A DNA stretch of 54,982 bases. It comes from a virus (lineage: Duplodnaviria; Caudoviricetes). The notes under the pieces were generated by a model. That model had not been told where the DNA came from, did no database searches, and saw only the letters and a program-made list of their open reading frames with translations. Of the stretch, positions 1 to 10,270 are shown piece after piece; the stretch's first letter is position 1, and each line of letters begins with the position of its first letter. The position numbers and the translations under genes are program-made. The DNA lies in the IMG/VR virus record IMGVR_UViG_3300030329_003381, positions 1 to 54,982 of that record; one strand, given 5' to 3'.

Positions 1-1
1 A

Positions 2-205
2 TCAGATCAGATTACAGAAATTGATATAACAGATGGAGCTGGTTCAGCTTTGACACTAACAACAGGTTCATACATAACCGTATTTGGTGCAAGTGGTGAT
101 GTAGCAAATGATACAACACCAGATGGTTCAATTTTTGAAGAAACAGATACAGGAAAACACTATGTATGGAATGCAACATCGGATTCGTGGACAGAGATTG
201 CATAA
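2..205 (+). CDS. 5'-truncated virion/fibre-type protein (C-terminal 67 aa)
   Basis: Frame 2 is open from the window edge to TAA at 203-205 and ends ...PDGSIFEETDTGKHYVWNATSDSWTEIA; T/G/S/D-rich; not in the ORF track. Confidence 0.6.
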   Translation, partial: SDQITEIDITDGAGSALTLTTGSYITVFGASGDVANDTTPDGSIFEETDTGKHYVWNATSDSWTEIA

Positions 206-253
206 CCATGGTGCCGGGAACCTTTATGACCTTACATATGGAGAGAATTAACA

Positions 254-625
254 TTGTCTGAGGAATTTGAAAATTTACTTGCTTTAGGTACTTCCTATCA
301 AGCATTAGCTATTGGAGATACTTCTGGTGCAAAAGGTCAAAATGTAGAATGGTTTTCAACTGATCTAACAAGAACAGGCGGACCACAATTTTCATCTAAA
401 TACAGAATATCCTTAGCATTAGATGCCGAGAAATCTGTTGAAGTTACATTAAACAGTGGATCCAATTGGGTTAAATTAAATGGTGGTACAGCTTTAACAG
501 CTAATTGTGCTTATGTATTTGATATACCAATCAGAGCTTCTGATACTTTTAATGTTCGTATTCCTGATGCAAGTGGAGCTACAGTTGTTTATTGTAGAGT
601 CGACGAGGTATTTAGTGAAGGATAA
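254..625 (+). CDS. putative virion beta-sandwich protein
   Basis: 123 aa, TTG start, beta-rich; translationally coupled to the next gene (TAATG). Confidence 0.5.
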   Translation: MSEEFENLLALGTSYQALAIGDTSGAKGQNVEWFSTDLTRTGGPQFSSKYRISLALDAEKSVEVTLNSGSNWVKLNGGTALTANCAYVFDIPIRASDTFNVRIPDASGATVVYCRVDEVFSEG

Positions 626-1242
626 TGGGTAGCAATCCTCCTCAAGGTGGTGGCGGCGGAACCGTTATCAATGCTTTATCTGATGTAGAAGATGTAACAA
701 TTAGTGGTAATAGTTCTGGTGAAATTTTAAAGTGGAATGGTTCAGCTTGGATTAATCAAACTTTAGCTGAAACTGGTATCCAAACTACATTATCAAATGC
801 TGCAATTAAAACTGCTTATGAAGCAAATGCAGATACTAATGAATTTTCAGATGCTGAACAAACTAAATTAGCTGGTATAGCTGCTAATGCAAATAATTAT
901 ACACATACAACTAATGCTAATTTAACAGGCGAAGTAACATCAACAGGTAATGCTGCAACAGTGGCAGATGATATTATCGATGAAGCAAATCTTAAAGTTG
1001 ATAATAGTCCAACAAATGATTATGTATTAACAGCCAAATCAAGTGCAGCAGGTGGCTTGACATGGAAAGTTGGCGGTGGAGGTAATCATACAGTTCAAGA
1101 TTGGGACTTACAAGGTTCAACTCCAGCAGATCCAGGAACTGATACTGGTAGAATGTATATGAAAGACATTGACAGTAACAACGAAGGTCTCTTTATGAAA
1201 ATAAAGAAAAATGGTACAGTAAGTGAAGTGCAAGTACTTTGA
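625..1242 (+). CDS. putative fibre/spike-like virion protein
   Basis: LSDVEDVTI..GEILKWNGSAWIN and DYVLTAKS..GLTW fibre-type motifs; Gly-rich linkers. Confidence 0.55.
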   Translation: MGSNPPQGGGGGTVINALSDVEDVTISGNSSGEILKWNGSAWINQTLAETGIQTTLSNAAIKTAYEANADTNEFSDAEQTKLAGIAANANNYTHTTNANLTGEVTSTGNAATVADDIIDEANLKVDNSPTNDYVLTAKSSAAGGLTWKVGGGGNHTVQDWDLQGSTPADPGTDTGRMYMKDIDSNNEGLFMKIKKNGTVSEVQVL

Positions 1243-1919
1243 GCGAATTTAGAAGCTGCGTATATAAATACGACAGCAATGGTAAAGATTTAATAGCTGA
1301 AGAAATTAACATTGGCGGAGAAATTGAAGAATGGCCTCACAAATGGGAAGACCCTGTCCTTTATTGGGATTTAGTTTCTGATTCACCAGATATTGAAGGT
1401 GTTGATTTAGAAGAGAAATCTATTAAACGTGCATTGTTACGTTGGCAAGTTGTAATAAGTGATTTAAAATTTAGAAAATGGAGAAAGAATAAACCAGCTC
1501 CAAAAATTAGAATAGAATTTCGTACTGGTGAGAATGATGATTTATTTAGAAAAAGTAAAGGAACTTTAGCTTATGCATATTTCCCAGGTCAAGGAGCTGT
1601 ATCTGGTAAAGTAGTTTTTAATGATGACAATTTATGGTCAACAACTGGTGAAGGTGTACCTCACATTAATCCAGATGGTTCTAGAGTTGTATTAAAAGCA
1701 TATCTTTTAGAACATGTATTGATACATGAATTTGGTCATATGTTAGGATTAAGACATGACAAAGTCGATAGAAAAAGTGTAATGTATCCTTTCTATAGTG
1801 GTATATTAGATTTATCAGGTACTGATATCTTAAGAATACAAAGGAAATACGGAGCGAGAAGCATATGGAAAAAGTTGCTAGCCAGATTACAAGGATACTT
1901 CAACAGGAAGATTCAGTGA
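1239..1919 (+). CDS. matrixin-family (M10-like) zinc metalloprotease
   Basis: HEFGHMLGLRH (HExxHxxGxxH), Met-turn SVMYPFY, GTLAYAYFP, D..RIQRKYG. Confidence 0.9.
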   Translation: MSEFRSCVYKYDSNGKDLIAEEINIGGEIEEWPHKWEDPVLYWDLVSDSPDIEGVDLEEKSIKRALLRWQVVISDLKFRKWRKNKPAPKIRIEFRTGENDDLFRKSKGTLAYAYFPGQGAVSGKVVFNDDNLWSTTGEGVPHINPDGSRVVLKAYLLEHVLIHEFGHMLGLRHDKVDRKSVMYPFYSGILDLSGTDILRIQRKYGARSIWKKLLARLQGYFNRKIQ

Positions 1920-2047
1920 GATGTTCGAATGCTCTACATGCTTGGGTAGAGATTTTGAATTTAAAAGAAAACAGATACACTAGAAAATGTGTTAAATGTT
2001 CTTCAGAACAAGAGTATAAAGGAGGTAAATGGGATTGGATAGTATAA
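1916..2047 (+). CDS. small Zn-finger protein
   Basis: GTG start overlaps the previous stop (GTGA); CxxxxH...CxxC. Confidence 0.45.
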   Translation: MRCSNALHAWVEILNLKENRYTRKCVKCSSEQEYKGGKWDWIV

Positions 2048-2577
2048 AGGATGAAATTAAATTATTACAACCTGAGCGTCCTTGTGATATCTGCAGGACT
2101 CCTAATGTAGAAGATATTGAGTTGAAATATGTACAAAAACAATTATCAACACAAGAGGTTATCACGCAATTAGATTGCTCTAAATGGAAATGGTATCATC
2201 ATGTAAAATACCACCTTAAACCAGGTGTAGCAGCAGTGATGAGTAAAAATGCAGATTTCCTAGCTAACCAAATTGTAGATAAAACTGGTGATTTATTAGA
2301 GAGTTTAGAACGATTACAAGAGAAAGTTAATTTATTAGAATCACAAATAGATGGTAATACTGAACCAGCTAAAATTAAAGCATACACTAGTATGGAAGCT
2401 GAGATTAGAAATACTATATTAGCTTTAGGAAAAATTCAAGGTGACTTTAAAGATTCTGCTTACATTCAAGTTAACAATATTACACTTCAATTAAATAAAA
2501 TATCTGATGTTATAATGTCAAACGCTTGTCCAAAGTGTAAACCAATTTTCGCAACCAAACTAGAAGATCTTAAATGA
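2029..2577 (+). CDS. putative terminase small subunit
   Basis: Directly upstream of and overlapping TerL; N-terminal CxxC..H Zn/HTH region, coiled coil, C-terminal CPKC. Confidence 0.6.
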   Translation: MGLDSIKDEIKLLQPERPCDICRTPNVEDIELKYVQKQLSTQEVITQLDCSKWKWYHHVKYHLKPGVAAVMSKNADFLANQIVDKTGDLLESLERLQEKVNLLESQIDGNTEPAKIKAYTSMEAEIRNTILALGKIQGDFKDSAYIQVNNITLQLNKISDVIMSNACPKCKPIFATKLEDLK

Positions 2578-4103
2578 AGTCCGGAATAATTTCTACTTGT
2601 GACCCAGCTGATTGGACTGATCTACCACAAAATAAAAAAATGAGTATATTACTTCAAGCATCTGAAGACCCTGTTTTCTTTTGGACACATCCTTCATTAG
2701 GTAATACAAAACCATGGGACGCACAAACTAAAATGTTAAAGGATTTTTATTCTAAAGATGAGAAAGGTAAAAGAAACTATTCTGAGTTGATTTTTGTATC
2801 AGGAATGCGGGGTGGTAAAACTACTTTAGCTGCTATGATTAGTTTGTATGAAGTATTTAAATTATTAATTCTAGATGACCCAGCTAAACATTACAAGCTT
2901 GGTCCAGGTAGTGAGATTCAATGTATTAATGTAGCTCCTTCAGAGCCTCAAGCATTAGATACAGTATTTAAGAGAAGTAAAGAACTTGTAGCACATAGTC
3001 CTTTTTTTATGGCTAGAGAATATGAACTAGTTTATAATGCAATTAAATTCCCAGATAAAAATATTACAATTAAAGCTTTAGGTTCTAACTCCGGTTCTGG
3101 TGTAGGAAGAACAGTAAAGTGTTTTATTGCAGATGAGGTTAGTAGTTTCTTAGATAATCAAAATAAAAGATCTGCCCAAGAAGTATATTCTAGATTATCA
3201 AAATCAACTGCAACTTTTAAACCATGGAATGAAAATATTAGGGTAGCTATCTCTTCCCCTCTCTATGACGGGGACTTTATCACAAGTATGCATAAAAGGG
3301 CAAAAGAAGAAAAATGGGATTGGGCTATGATAATTTGGGAACCGACTTGGAATCTTAATCCTAATTTAACTAAAGATGTGTTAGAGGAAGAGAGAAAGAA
3401 AGATCCAATTTCTTTTGATAGAGATTTCGGTGCAACTCCTGGTGTTGAAGTTGAAAACTTCTTTTCTAGTGAATTAATCAAAAGAATTAAAATGTCTCAG
3501 TTAAGAAACCATAATTTATTAGAAGACTTGGAACATCTCGAAGCTAAAAATGATGCTGTATATTATATTGTAGGAACAGACCCTGCAATTAAAAATGACT
3601 CTTTTGGTTTAGCTTTGGGTCATGTAACAACTAGTGGTGATATAATTATTGATGGTTCATTATCCTTTTCAGCTGATAGAGGAGAAGAAATAAAATCAGA
3701 TGATATTAAAGAAATACTTGTTCCTTTATTTGAACAATTACCAGTACAGTATTATGTATTTGATGCATACTTACACGGTGAATTAAAAGACTTGGCAGAA
3801 ACATATGGTATTACTACTTTCCAACATTATCTTAATATTGAAGATTGGATTAAAACACGAGATGCACTAGATAAAGGAACTGCTCAATTGCCCTTAGATG
3901 AACAATTAACTAAAGAATTACAATATCTACAACTGATTAAAGCAAAGCAAGTAGATCACCCTAGAAAGTTTCCTGACGGTTCTCAAGGGGGAAAAGACGT
4001 TGCTGATGCTTGCTGCCAGATTATATCGCTGGTTAAGAGGACAGAGGATCTCCAATCAAACAAATACTCTAAAGTCCCTAGTTTTATCGTGCAAACATTT
4101 TAG
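2574..4103 (+). CDS. terL: terminase large subunit
   Basis: Walker A SGMRGGKTT, Walker B CFIADEV, motif III ISSP, nuclease GTDPA and KDVADA. Confidence 0.92.
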   Translation: MKSGIISTCDPADWTDLPQNKKMSILLQASEDPVFFWTHPSLGNTKPWDAQTKMLKDFYSKDEKGKRNYSELIFVSGMRGGKTTLAAMISLYEVFKLLILDDPAKHYKLGPGSEIQCINVAPSEPQALDTVFKRSKELVAHSPFFMAREYELVYNAIKFPDKNITIKALGSNSGSGVGRTVKCFIADEVSSFLDNQNKRSAQEVYSRLSKSTATFKPWNENIRVAISSPLYDGDFITSMHKRAKEEKWDWAMIIWEPTWNLNPNLTKDVLEEERKKDPISFDRDFGATPGVEVENFFSSELIKRIKMSQLRNHNLLEDLEHLEAKNDAVYYIVGTDPAIKNDSFGLALGHVTTSGDIIIDGSLSFSADRGEEIKSDDIKEILVPLFEQLPVQYYVFDAYLHGELKDLAETYGITTFQHYLNIEDWIKTRDALDKGTAQLPLDEQLTKELQYLQLIKAKQVDHPRKFPDGSQGGKDVADACCQIISLVKRTEDLQSNKYSKVPSFIVQTF

Positions 4104-4112
4104 GTGAAATAG

Positions 4113-5618
4113 TTGGGAATTTTTGATATTTTTAAATCTAAAGCAGCTTCTAATCCTGTACCTCAAACAACTCAACCATCAGATCCATTAGTAATGGAAC
4201 CTTTCCAGGTTGAAACAGGTAGATTAGTAGATTCAAGAACACAAAGAGCATCTAATAGATATACCGAAGCAGACGCTCTTGTAAACATGGATGAGAGATT
4301 ATGGTCTGTTATTGAATTAGCAGCAGTTATGGTTAGAAAGTCATATAATGGAATAAGTTTAAAACCAGAGGGAAACGAACCAATTCCAACAAATACTTCT
4401 AACGCTGAAGAGAATGCAATCTTAGAAGCAAAGAAATTTGCAGATCAAATTGATATTCCAGGTTTACTTTATAATTACACAAAAGATTTGTGGAAATATG
4501 GCGATGCTGTAGATAAAATTACATTCTACGGTGGCAATGGTATTTCTAAAATAACACCTTTACCTATGAATCTAGTCACAGCAATTGATAATAGAAAACA
4601 ATTCCAACAGCAATTAGGTTTAGGTGGTGAAGTTATCCAAGATCCAAAATTCTATTGTGTAGATGAATTGAATGCTAATTTAAGAGTTAAAGATCAAGTC
4701 ATTCCTGCAAATAGAATTATGCACATCTCATTCGATAATCGTAGACAATGGATAGTTGATAATATTGGCAGATGGACATTTAATGTTTGGTCACATTCTC
4801 CAATTGAAACCTTAAAAGTTCTTATTGAATGGAAACATAACTTAATTAGAAATGACCTACTTTGGAGAAATAGACTATTACCAAGAGAGCATCATAAATT
4901 AGATTTATCTGTATATGATCCAAGTAAATATACTGGAACATATTCTACTAAAGTTGCAAATGCTAAATCAGATGCAACAACTGCAATTAAAGATTATAAT
5001 GACAAGATTAAGAGAAGAGAAGCTGACCAAGGTTTCACTACTGGTACAAATGTTGATATTGATATCATCGAACCAAAAACAACTAATTACACTTCACCAA
5101 ATCAAATCATAGATCAAATCAATAGCTTGATCTCAACTCCAACCGGCACTCCAGGTGCGTTAGTTGGTGGTGAGAGCAAAGGATTTACATCATTACTTCA
5201 TTCATCATCTTTTACTGCTATGAGAGCAGATATATATGCAATGAGAATCACAAATGCACTTGAAGGACTAGTCAAGAAACACGTTGCACTAGTTAGACCT
5301 GGTTTGAAACAAGAAGTGATAGATAGATTATTTATAAGAAATAAATTAATTCTAGATAGAGATAGAACAGAATTGGCAAAGATAATTGGTGTACTTGTAA
5401 ATACAAATGTATTTACTCCATCAGAGATAAGAGCAATATGGGGATTAGATCCTTTAACTGAACAACAAAGTCAAGAGATAGAAGCAATATTAAATAAACC
5501 ATCTCATACTGATTCTGTTACAGAAGATTTACTTAGAGAGAATCCTGAAAGTCCAACTGGTGATATGGAAACTGGTGCACAGCGCGGTAGAAATATTAAT
5601 CAGAGAGGAGATTTATAA
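4113..5618 (+). CDS. portal protein
   Basis: 501 aa after TerL; DLWKYGDA, IMHISFD, FTPSEIRAIWGLDP portal-type motifs; GGTGA RBS upstream. Confidence 0.8.
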   Translation: MGIFDIFKSKAASNPVPQTTQPSDPLVMEPFQVETGRLVDSRTQRASNRYTEADALVNMDERLWSVIELAAVMVRKSYNGISLKPEGNEPIPTNTSNAEENAILEAKKFADQIDIPGLLYNYTKDLWKYGDAVDKITFYGGNGISKITPLPMNLVTAIDNRKQFQQQLGLGGEVIQDPKFYCVDELNANLRVKDQVIPANRIMHISFDNRRQWIVDNIGRWTFNVWSHSPIETLKVLIEWKHNLIRNDLLWRNRLLPREHHKLDLSVYDPSKYTGTYSTKVANAKSDATTAIKDYNDKIKRREADQGFTTGTNVDIDIIEPKTTNYTSPNQIIDQINSLISTPTGTPGALVGGESKGFTSLLHSSSFTAMRADIYAMRITNALEGLVKKHVALVRPGLKQEVIDRLFIRNKLILDRDRTELAKIIGVLVNTNVFTPSEIRAIWGLDPLTEQQSQEIEAILNKPSHTDSVTEDLLRENPESPTGDMETGAQRGRNINQRGDL

Positions 5619-5791
5619 TGGAAGAAATAGAAAGTAAACAAGCAATAGAAAAGATAGATTTGATTATGGAACAATTACAAGAAATTAAACAACATCTTGA
5701 AGGTGCTGCTCCTAAAGCAGAAGAAGAACCTGAAGAATATGATGAACTACCAGATGATGTGAGGGCTTTAATAAATGGCGCTACTTCCTGA
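5618..5791 (+). CDS. small acidic protein (57 aa)
   Basis: ATG coupled to the portal stop (TAATG); MEEIESKQAIEKIDLIMEQLQEIKQHLE...; below the ORF-track cutoff. Confidence 0.6.
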   Translation: MEEIESKQAIEKIDLIMEQLQEIKQHLEGAAPKAEEEPEEYDELPDDVRALINGATS

Positions 5792-6794
5792 AGATAATAG
5801 TAATCATTCTTACAGTATTCATACTGTATGGAGAGGCAGAACACCTAAACTATTTCTTAATTTAAAATTCGGATCTAATGTGCATACTTTTAAATTTTCA
5901 CTACCACACGAAGAAGAAAGATCAATTAGAACATATAAATTCGCACAACGTAAAACTGAAGAATTAAGTTACTTGTCTGACAATGTAAATGTATCTAGAT
6001 TATTTGGTCAATTTGCTGAGATTAGAGCACCTTCTTGGTTGAATCTAGAAGGCGTAGATAATAAAACAAAAGAAGTTTATGTAAAGAATGCTATGGGTGA
6101 ATTTACAGTTGGTACACAAACAGATGAATTTACAGAGTTGTTCTTTCATAAAGGTAAATTATCAGGTAGATGGGTATTAAGAAATATTCCTAATGTATTT
6201 GCAAAGGAATTTCTTAATAAGAAAAAAGATGTATATTTATTATGGAAGCCTACAGAACAAACACCTCATGCAGAGCAAAAATCAATTAATTGTGGTGTAT
6301 GTCCAGCTAAATCATTACAAAGCCAGCCTATGAAAAAAGGTAAATTAACACCAAAAAAGGCTAAATTTCAGATGCAAATTAATGTAGATGAAGAGAATCA
6401 TACATTTGAAGGCATTGCATCCGCAGAAGGAACTTGGGTAGATATGTATGGAAACAAGTTCATTTACACAGCAGATTTTGTCAAAACGTTATACAATCGT
6501 ATGACAGAGACAACTTTAAAGGGAAAATTAACGGTTGATAAGGAACATGACGAAGAAGACAGCGGATTAATAACTAGTGTCCAGCTGGTCCAAGAACCTA
6601 TAAACCATATCATCGTTAAGGGAACTTATAGCGGTACTTTAGACGATGTTCGAGGTTTGTCCCCCGAGCTAGTATTACGTTCTGCCTGGAATGAGGAATT
6701 CGCTGGGTGGGTACCGGTAGATGTCACACCCGATAGGGTATCATTGGTAACAAACCCAGCATGTAAAATATGCTGGATTCAGGAAATTAGGTGA
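5775..6794 (+). CDS. prohead protease with an N-terminal LigD phosphoesterase-like domain
   Basis: C-half has protease-type VDKEHD, RGLSPE and VSLVTNPAC; N-half has GEFTVGTQ..TELFFHKGKLSGRWVLR; lies between portal and scaffold. Confidence 0.7.
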   Translation: MALLPEDNSNHSYSIHTVWRGRTPKLFLNLKFGSNVHTFKFSLPHEEERSIRTYKFAQRKTEELSYLSDNVNVSRLFGQFAEIRAPSWLNLEGVDNKTKEVYVKNAMGEFTVGTQTDEFTELFFHKGKLSGRWVLRNIPNVFAKEFLNKKKDVYLLWKPTEQTPHAEQKSINCGVCPAKSLQSQPMKKGKLTPKKAKFQMQINVDEENHTFEGIASAEGTWVDMYGNKFIYTADFVKTLYNRMTETTLKGKLTVDKEHDEEDSGLITSVQLVQEPINHIIVKGTYSGTLDDVRGLSPELVLRSAWNEEFAGWVPVDVTPDRVSLVTNPACKICWIQEIR

Positions 6795-6801
6795 ACAAAC
6801 A

Positions 6802-7449
6802 ATGTCAACCAAAACAACAGAGACTCCAGAAACTTCAAACAAATACTTAGAGTTTGAAAGTGATGATCTCAAGAATGAAGCTACACTAATTAAAGAAGCA
6901 CTCGTTGCATCTAAAGTAGACTTACATTCCGCATTTGGTCTTGAAAAAACTGAGGTACAAGTAGACAACACCGAAGCAATCGCAGCTCTTCAAAAAATCC
7001 ATATTGCTACAGGCAAGAAGATCGAAGAACTCGGTGGCGAAATAACTTCTAAACAATCTTCAATCGAACAATCACCAGCTGAGAAACAAGTTTATGCTGA
7101 ACTAGAAAAACTTCATGCATCTTCATTGTCTGCAAAGACACAAGAGGTATTGAAACTAGATCCAGACTTTCCAGTTGATGTAATCAAAGAAGCATCCATT
7201 CCTACTGCTGATAAAGTTTCATTAATGTCTGCAATGACTACCGTTGCTGCAAGACAATCTGAAGCAATCAACAGAGTAAAATCTGAAGTAGCAGCACAGG
7301 AATCTGAAACAGAGGAGACCGCTAAATTTAGTGCTCCAGAAACAGAAGCAAAAACAGAAGATGATCCAGAAGCAGGTGCAAAATACTTAGCAGCTCTTCA
7401 AGCAAAGTTTGGAATAACCGAAACTGAAACTAAAGAGGTCGAAAACTAA
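6802..7449 (+). CDS. capsid scaffolding protein
   Basis: Acidic, helical, E/A/K/T-rich; between protease and capsid genes. Confidence 0.65.
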   Translation: MSTKTTETPETSNKYLEFESDDLKNEATLIKEALVASKVDLHSAFGLEKTEVQVDNTEAIAALQKIHIATGKKIEELGGEITSKQSSIEQSPAEKQVYAELEKLHASSLSAKTQEVLKLDPDFPVDVIKEASIPTADKVSLMSAMTTVAARQSEAINRVKSEVAAQESETEETAKFSAPETEAKTEDDPEAGAKYLAALQAKFGITETETKEVEN

Positions 7450-7450
7450 A

Positions 7451-7999
7451 ATGGCAACATATTCAGGTGCCGGTAGAGTCAGAGAACCTGGCGAAATCTG
7501 GTACGAACAGTTGAAAAACGCAGACACTTTAGATGATTCTGGTTACGTATTAGCATATGTTACTGAAAGTAGCACTGTTAAACTAACTAAGGCAGGCAGT
7601 TCGGATTTAGGCGTTGCAGTTAACTATAGGTCTACAAGAGATCCACACGATCTCAATTTCCCAGCCGGAGACTTTAAAACTGGTCAAACCATCGGTGAGA
7701 TGGGTATCCCAGTTCTAGATGAAGGATGGGTAAGACTTAAAGTAGCAAACAACAATGCACAAATTGCTATTGGTGATCCAATTAAAATCTCAGCAGGTGG
7801 TAAAGTGGATAAATACACTGCAACCACAATTGGTGATACATCTTCTGCAAATCAAGCAACCGCTTTGAATGCAAGATTTACCGAGTTGAGAAAAGTAGTT
7901 GGAATTGCTAAAGAAGCAGTTGCTGCAGGATCTGGAAGCGCTCCTGGACAAGACAAAGTGTTAGTTAAATTAACACTTGGTACTGTAGGTACTCAATAG
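7451..7999 (+). CDS. capsid cement/decoration protein
   Basis: IAIGDPIKISAGGKV..VVGIAKEAV motif; immediately upstream of the major capsid gene. Confidence 0.65.
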   Translation: MATYSGAGRVREPGEIWYEQLKNADTLDDSGYVLAYVTESSTVKLTKAGSSDLGVAVNYRSTRDPHDLNFPAGDFKTGQTIGEMGIPVLDEGWVRLKVANNNAQIAIGDPIKISAGGKVDKYTATTIGDTSSANQATALNARFTELRKVVGIAKEAVAAGSGSAPGQDKVLVKLTLGTVGTQ

Positions 8000-8009
8000 G
8001 TGAATTAAA

Positions 8010-8999
8010 ATGGCAGATATTCCATATATTAATACACAAGAGTTAAAGTCCTATAACGCAGGCGCACTAGAAAAGCTTAAAACCAAATTCGGTGGAGAGG
8101 CTTCATTTGATGAAGCAGTTCAACTAAACATCATTAGAGAGAAAATTTATCAAGAATCCGCACTTCTATCAGTTGTAAATCAAGTTGTACGTCAACGTGC
8201 AATGAACCAACTAGAAGCACAGATTTTTGCTCCTGGTGATGACGCAGTTAAGGTAACTTATCCTGTTCCTCCTGAGGCAATCGGTACTACAGCTAGATCT
8301 GAACCAGTCACATACAACTTGAAGAAAGTTGACCTCCAAATGGCAGAAGTTAGATACTTTATATCTGATGATGCAAAATTGAGAGGAGCATATAACTGGT
8401 TACAAGAAGACTCCATTAGAAGAGCAGCTGAGCACCTCGCAGAACAAAGAGACAAACACGTCTTAACCGAGTTAAACACTGCAGCTCCATCTGGAAACAA
8501 TGTAGCAGCAACAGCAACTTGGGCAAACGCATCTGCAACCCCAGAAGATGATGTAGCTAAAGCAATTGCTAATATCGTAAAGAACAGTAACATCCCAACA
8601 GCACAGTTGAATAAACCAAGAGCATTCGGTTTGGTACTCCCTGCAGAAGCATTTGTAGGTGTAACTAAATTGAAACTCATCCGAAACATAACTCAGCCGA
8701 TACAAGACTTCCTTTCCACAGAATATAAATTATCAATTTTCTTAACTAGAAAACCAAGAATCGAAAGTTCATGGCCAGTAGCTAATGATGCATTAATTGT
8801 ACCATTAGATGACCCATCACTTGGATTCTTAGGCACTTTCGATGGTGCAGGAATTATCCCAGCACAAAAGAGAATTGAGTTTGATCGTGGAGAAGATATC
8901 ATCACAAGAGAATGGTTCAGATACATAACTATCCCAGAACCACTGGACGGAACAACAACAACAAACGCAAGAATAGCAAAGATTACCGGAGTAGCATAA
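8010..8999 (+). CDS. major capsid protein (HK97 fold inferred)
   Basis: 329 aa; spine helix IRRAAEHLAEQRDKHVL; ATATW..ASATPEDD motif; GGTGA RBS; followed by a T-tract. Confidence 0.8.
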   Translation: MADIPYINTQELKSYNAGALEKLKTKFGGEASFDEAVQLNIIREKIYQESALLSVVNQVVRQRAMNQLEAQIFAPGDDAVKVTYPVPPEAIGTTARSEPVTYNLKKVDLQMAEVRYFISDDAKLRGAYNWLQEDSIRRAAEHLAEQRDKHVLTELNTAAPSGNNVAATATWANASATPEDDVAKAIANIVKNSNIPTAQLNKPRAFGLVLPAEAFVGVTKLKLIRNITQPIQDFLSTEYKLSIFLTRKPRIESSWPVANDALIVPLDDPSLGFLGTFDGAGIIPAQKRIEFDRGEDIITREWFRYITIPEPLDGTTTTNARIAKITGVA

Positions 9000-9029
9000 T
9001 CATCATAGGACAGTGAGATTAGCGTAAAA

Positions 9030-9047
9030 CTTCCTTTTCTTTTTTTT
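9030..9047 (+). terminator. archaeal-type oligo-T terminator after the capsid gene
   Basis: CTTCCTTTTCTTTTTTTT about 30 nt after the stop. Confidence 0.6.
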
Positions 9048-9057
9048 ACGATGAACA

Positions 9058-9375
9058 ATGATTGAAATAATTGAGAATAATTTAGGTTTTATAGGATTAG
9101 CAATAGGCACAGTTACCGCTGCAATTGGCAGTGTAGCTGCATATAATAAATATTGGATGGAGAGAGGTAGAGAGAAGGGTATAGACCAAATCCAAGATGA
9201 AATCATGAAACAAGAGATCAAAGGAATACATGAATGCATTACTGCCTTGGAAAACAAAGTGGATAGTACCCGTAAGGATTTATATCAGCGTTATGAGCAT
9301 ATTCATGGAGAGATCAAAGAAGTGACTGGTAAAGTGGATACTGTTATAGATTTAATTAGGAGAAATGGAAATTGA
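9058..9375 (+). CDS. membrane-anchored coiled-coil protein
   Basis: N-terminal TM (LGFIGLAIGTVTAAIGSVAAY) followed by a heptad-rich region. Confidence 0.6.
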   Translation: MIEIIENNLGFIGLAIGTVTAAIGSVAAYNKYWMERGREKGIDQIQDEIMKQEIKGIHECITALENKVDSTRKDLYQRYEHIHGEIKEVTGKVDTVIDLIRRNGN

Positions 9376-9779
9376 CCGCAACAATTGCTGAAGTCAGAGA
9401 TTTAATGGACTCAGTTTCTGCAAGTCAATTATCTAATGATGTATTAACTGCTAACTTGACTAGATCGCAAAATTGGATTGATAATATTAAAGAAGCAACA
9501 GCTACTGCAGCTGATGTAGATAATGCTGTAAGAGCATTATGTGTATGGTTAGCTTATGGTAGCTATACTGAAGGAATTGATAGACAACTCGGTGCTGTTC
9601 CACAAACAGCAAAATGGAAATTAGAACATTATAGAAAAGTAGCAGAATTATTTATTAACGATGTTAGTAAATCTTCAATCGACTTTGATGATGACCATAG
9701 TCCTATAGGATTACCACCATTAGTAGAATTTCCTACTTCTGAAGGCTGGCAAAAAAGTTGCGATTGTGATTGTGACTAA
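9372..9779 (+). CDS. head-tail adaptor
   Basis: ATIAEVRDLM..SQNWID helical adaptor pattern; position after the capsid gene. Confidence 0.6.
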   Translation: MTATIAEVRDLMDSVSASQLSNDVLTANLTRSQNWIDNIKEATATAADVDNAVRALCVWLAYGSYTEGIDRQLGAVPQTAKWKLEHYRKVAELFINDVSKSSIDFDDDHSPIGLPPLVEFPTSEGWQKSCDCDCD

Positions 9780-10270
9780 TGAAACCTTCAATTAGACTAA
9801 CAGTTAGAGCTAGTCCTATCAAAGTTAATAATCTTTCTAATGCAATCAATAATGCAAAAAATTCAATAAATAAACAATTACCAGGAATTGGCAGATCAAT
9901 GACTATGGTAATAACTAAAGCTTTAAAAGAAGAAGTTCCTGTAAGAACAGGTAGATTAAAGAACTCTATTAAAGTATTAGAACGAAGTCAAAATCTAATA
10001 GGAGATACTGGTAAATTAAGTAGGGTAGTTGGACCTACTGCTAGATATACAAATTATGTAATTAAAGGTACTGCACCTAGTATTGGTAAATTTGTACCAC
10101 AATTTAATGCAAGAATAAGTAGAGGTTTCCATCCTGGAACACCTGCAAATAATTTTGTAGATAGAGCTAGAATAAGAGTTAGAGGAGAAATTCAAACTAG
10201 AAAGGGTAGATGGCAACAAAAGATGACTAATGCATTTAAACTTTCATTCTATCAAGGAGGTAGAAGTTAA
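9779..10270 (+). CDS. tail completion protein (HK97 gp10-like)
   Basis: Basic; PVRTGRLKNSI, YVIKGT, HPGTPANNFVDRA. Confidence 0.75.
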   Translation: MKPSIRLTVRASPIKVNNLSNAINNAKNSINKQLPGIGRSMTMVITKALKEEVPVRTGRLKNSIKVLERSQNLIGDTGKLSRVVGPTARYTNYVIKGTAPSIGKFVPQFNARISRGFHPGTPANNFVDRARIRVRGEIQTRKGRWQQKMTNAFKLSFYQGGRS

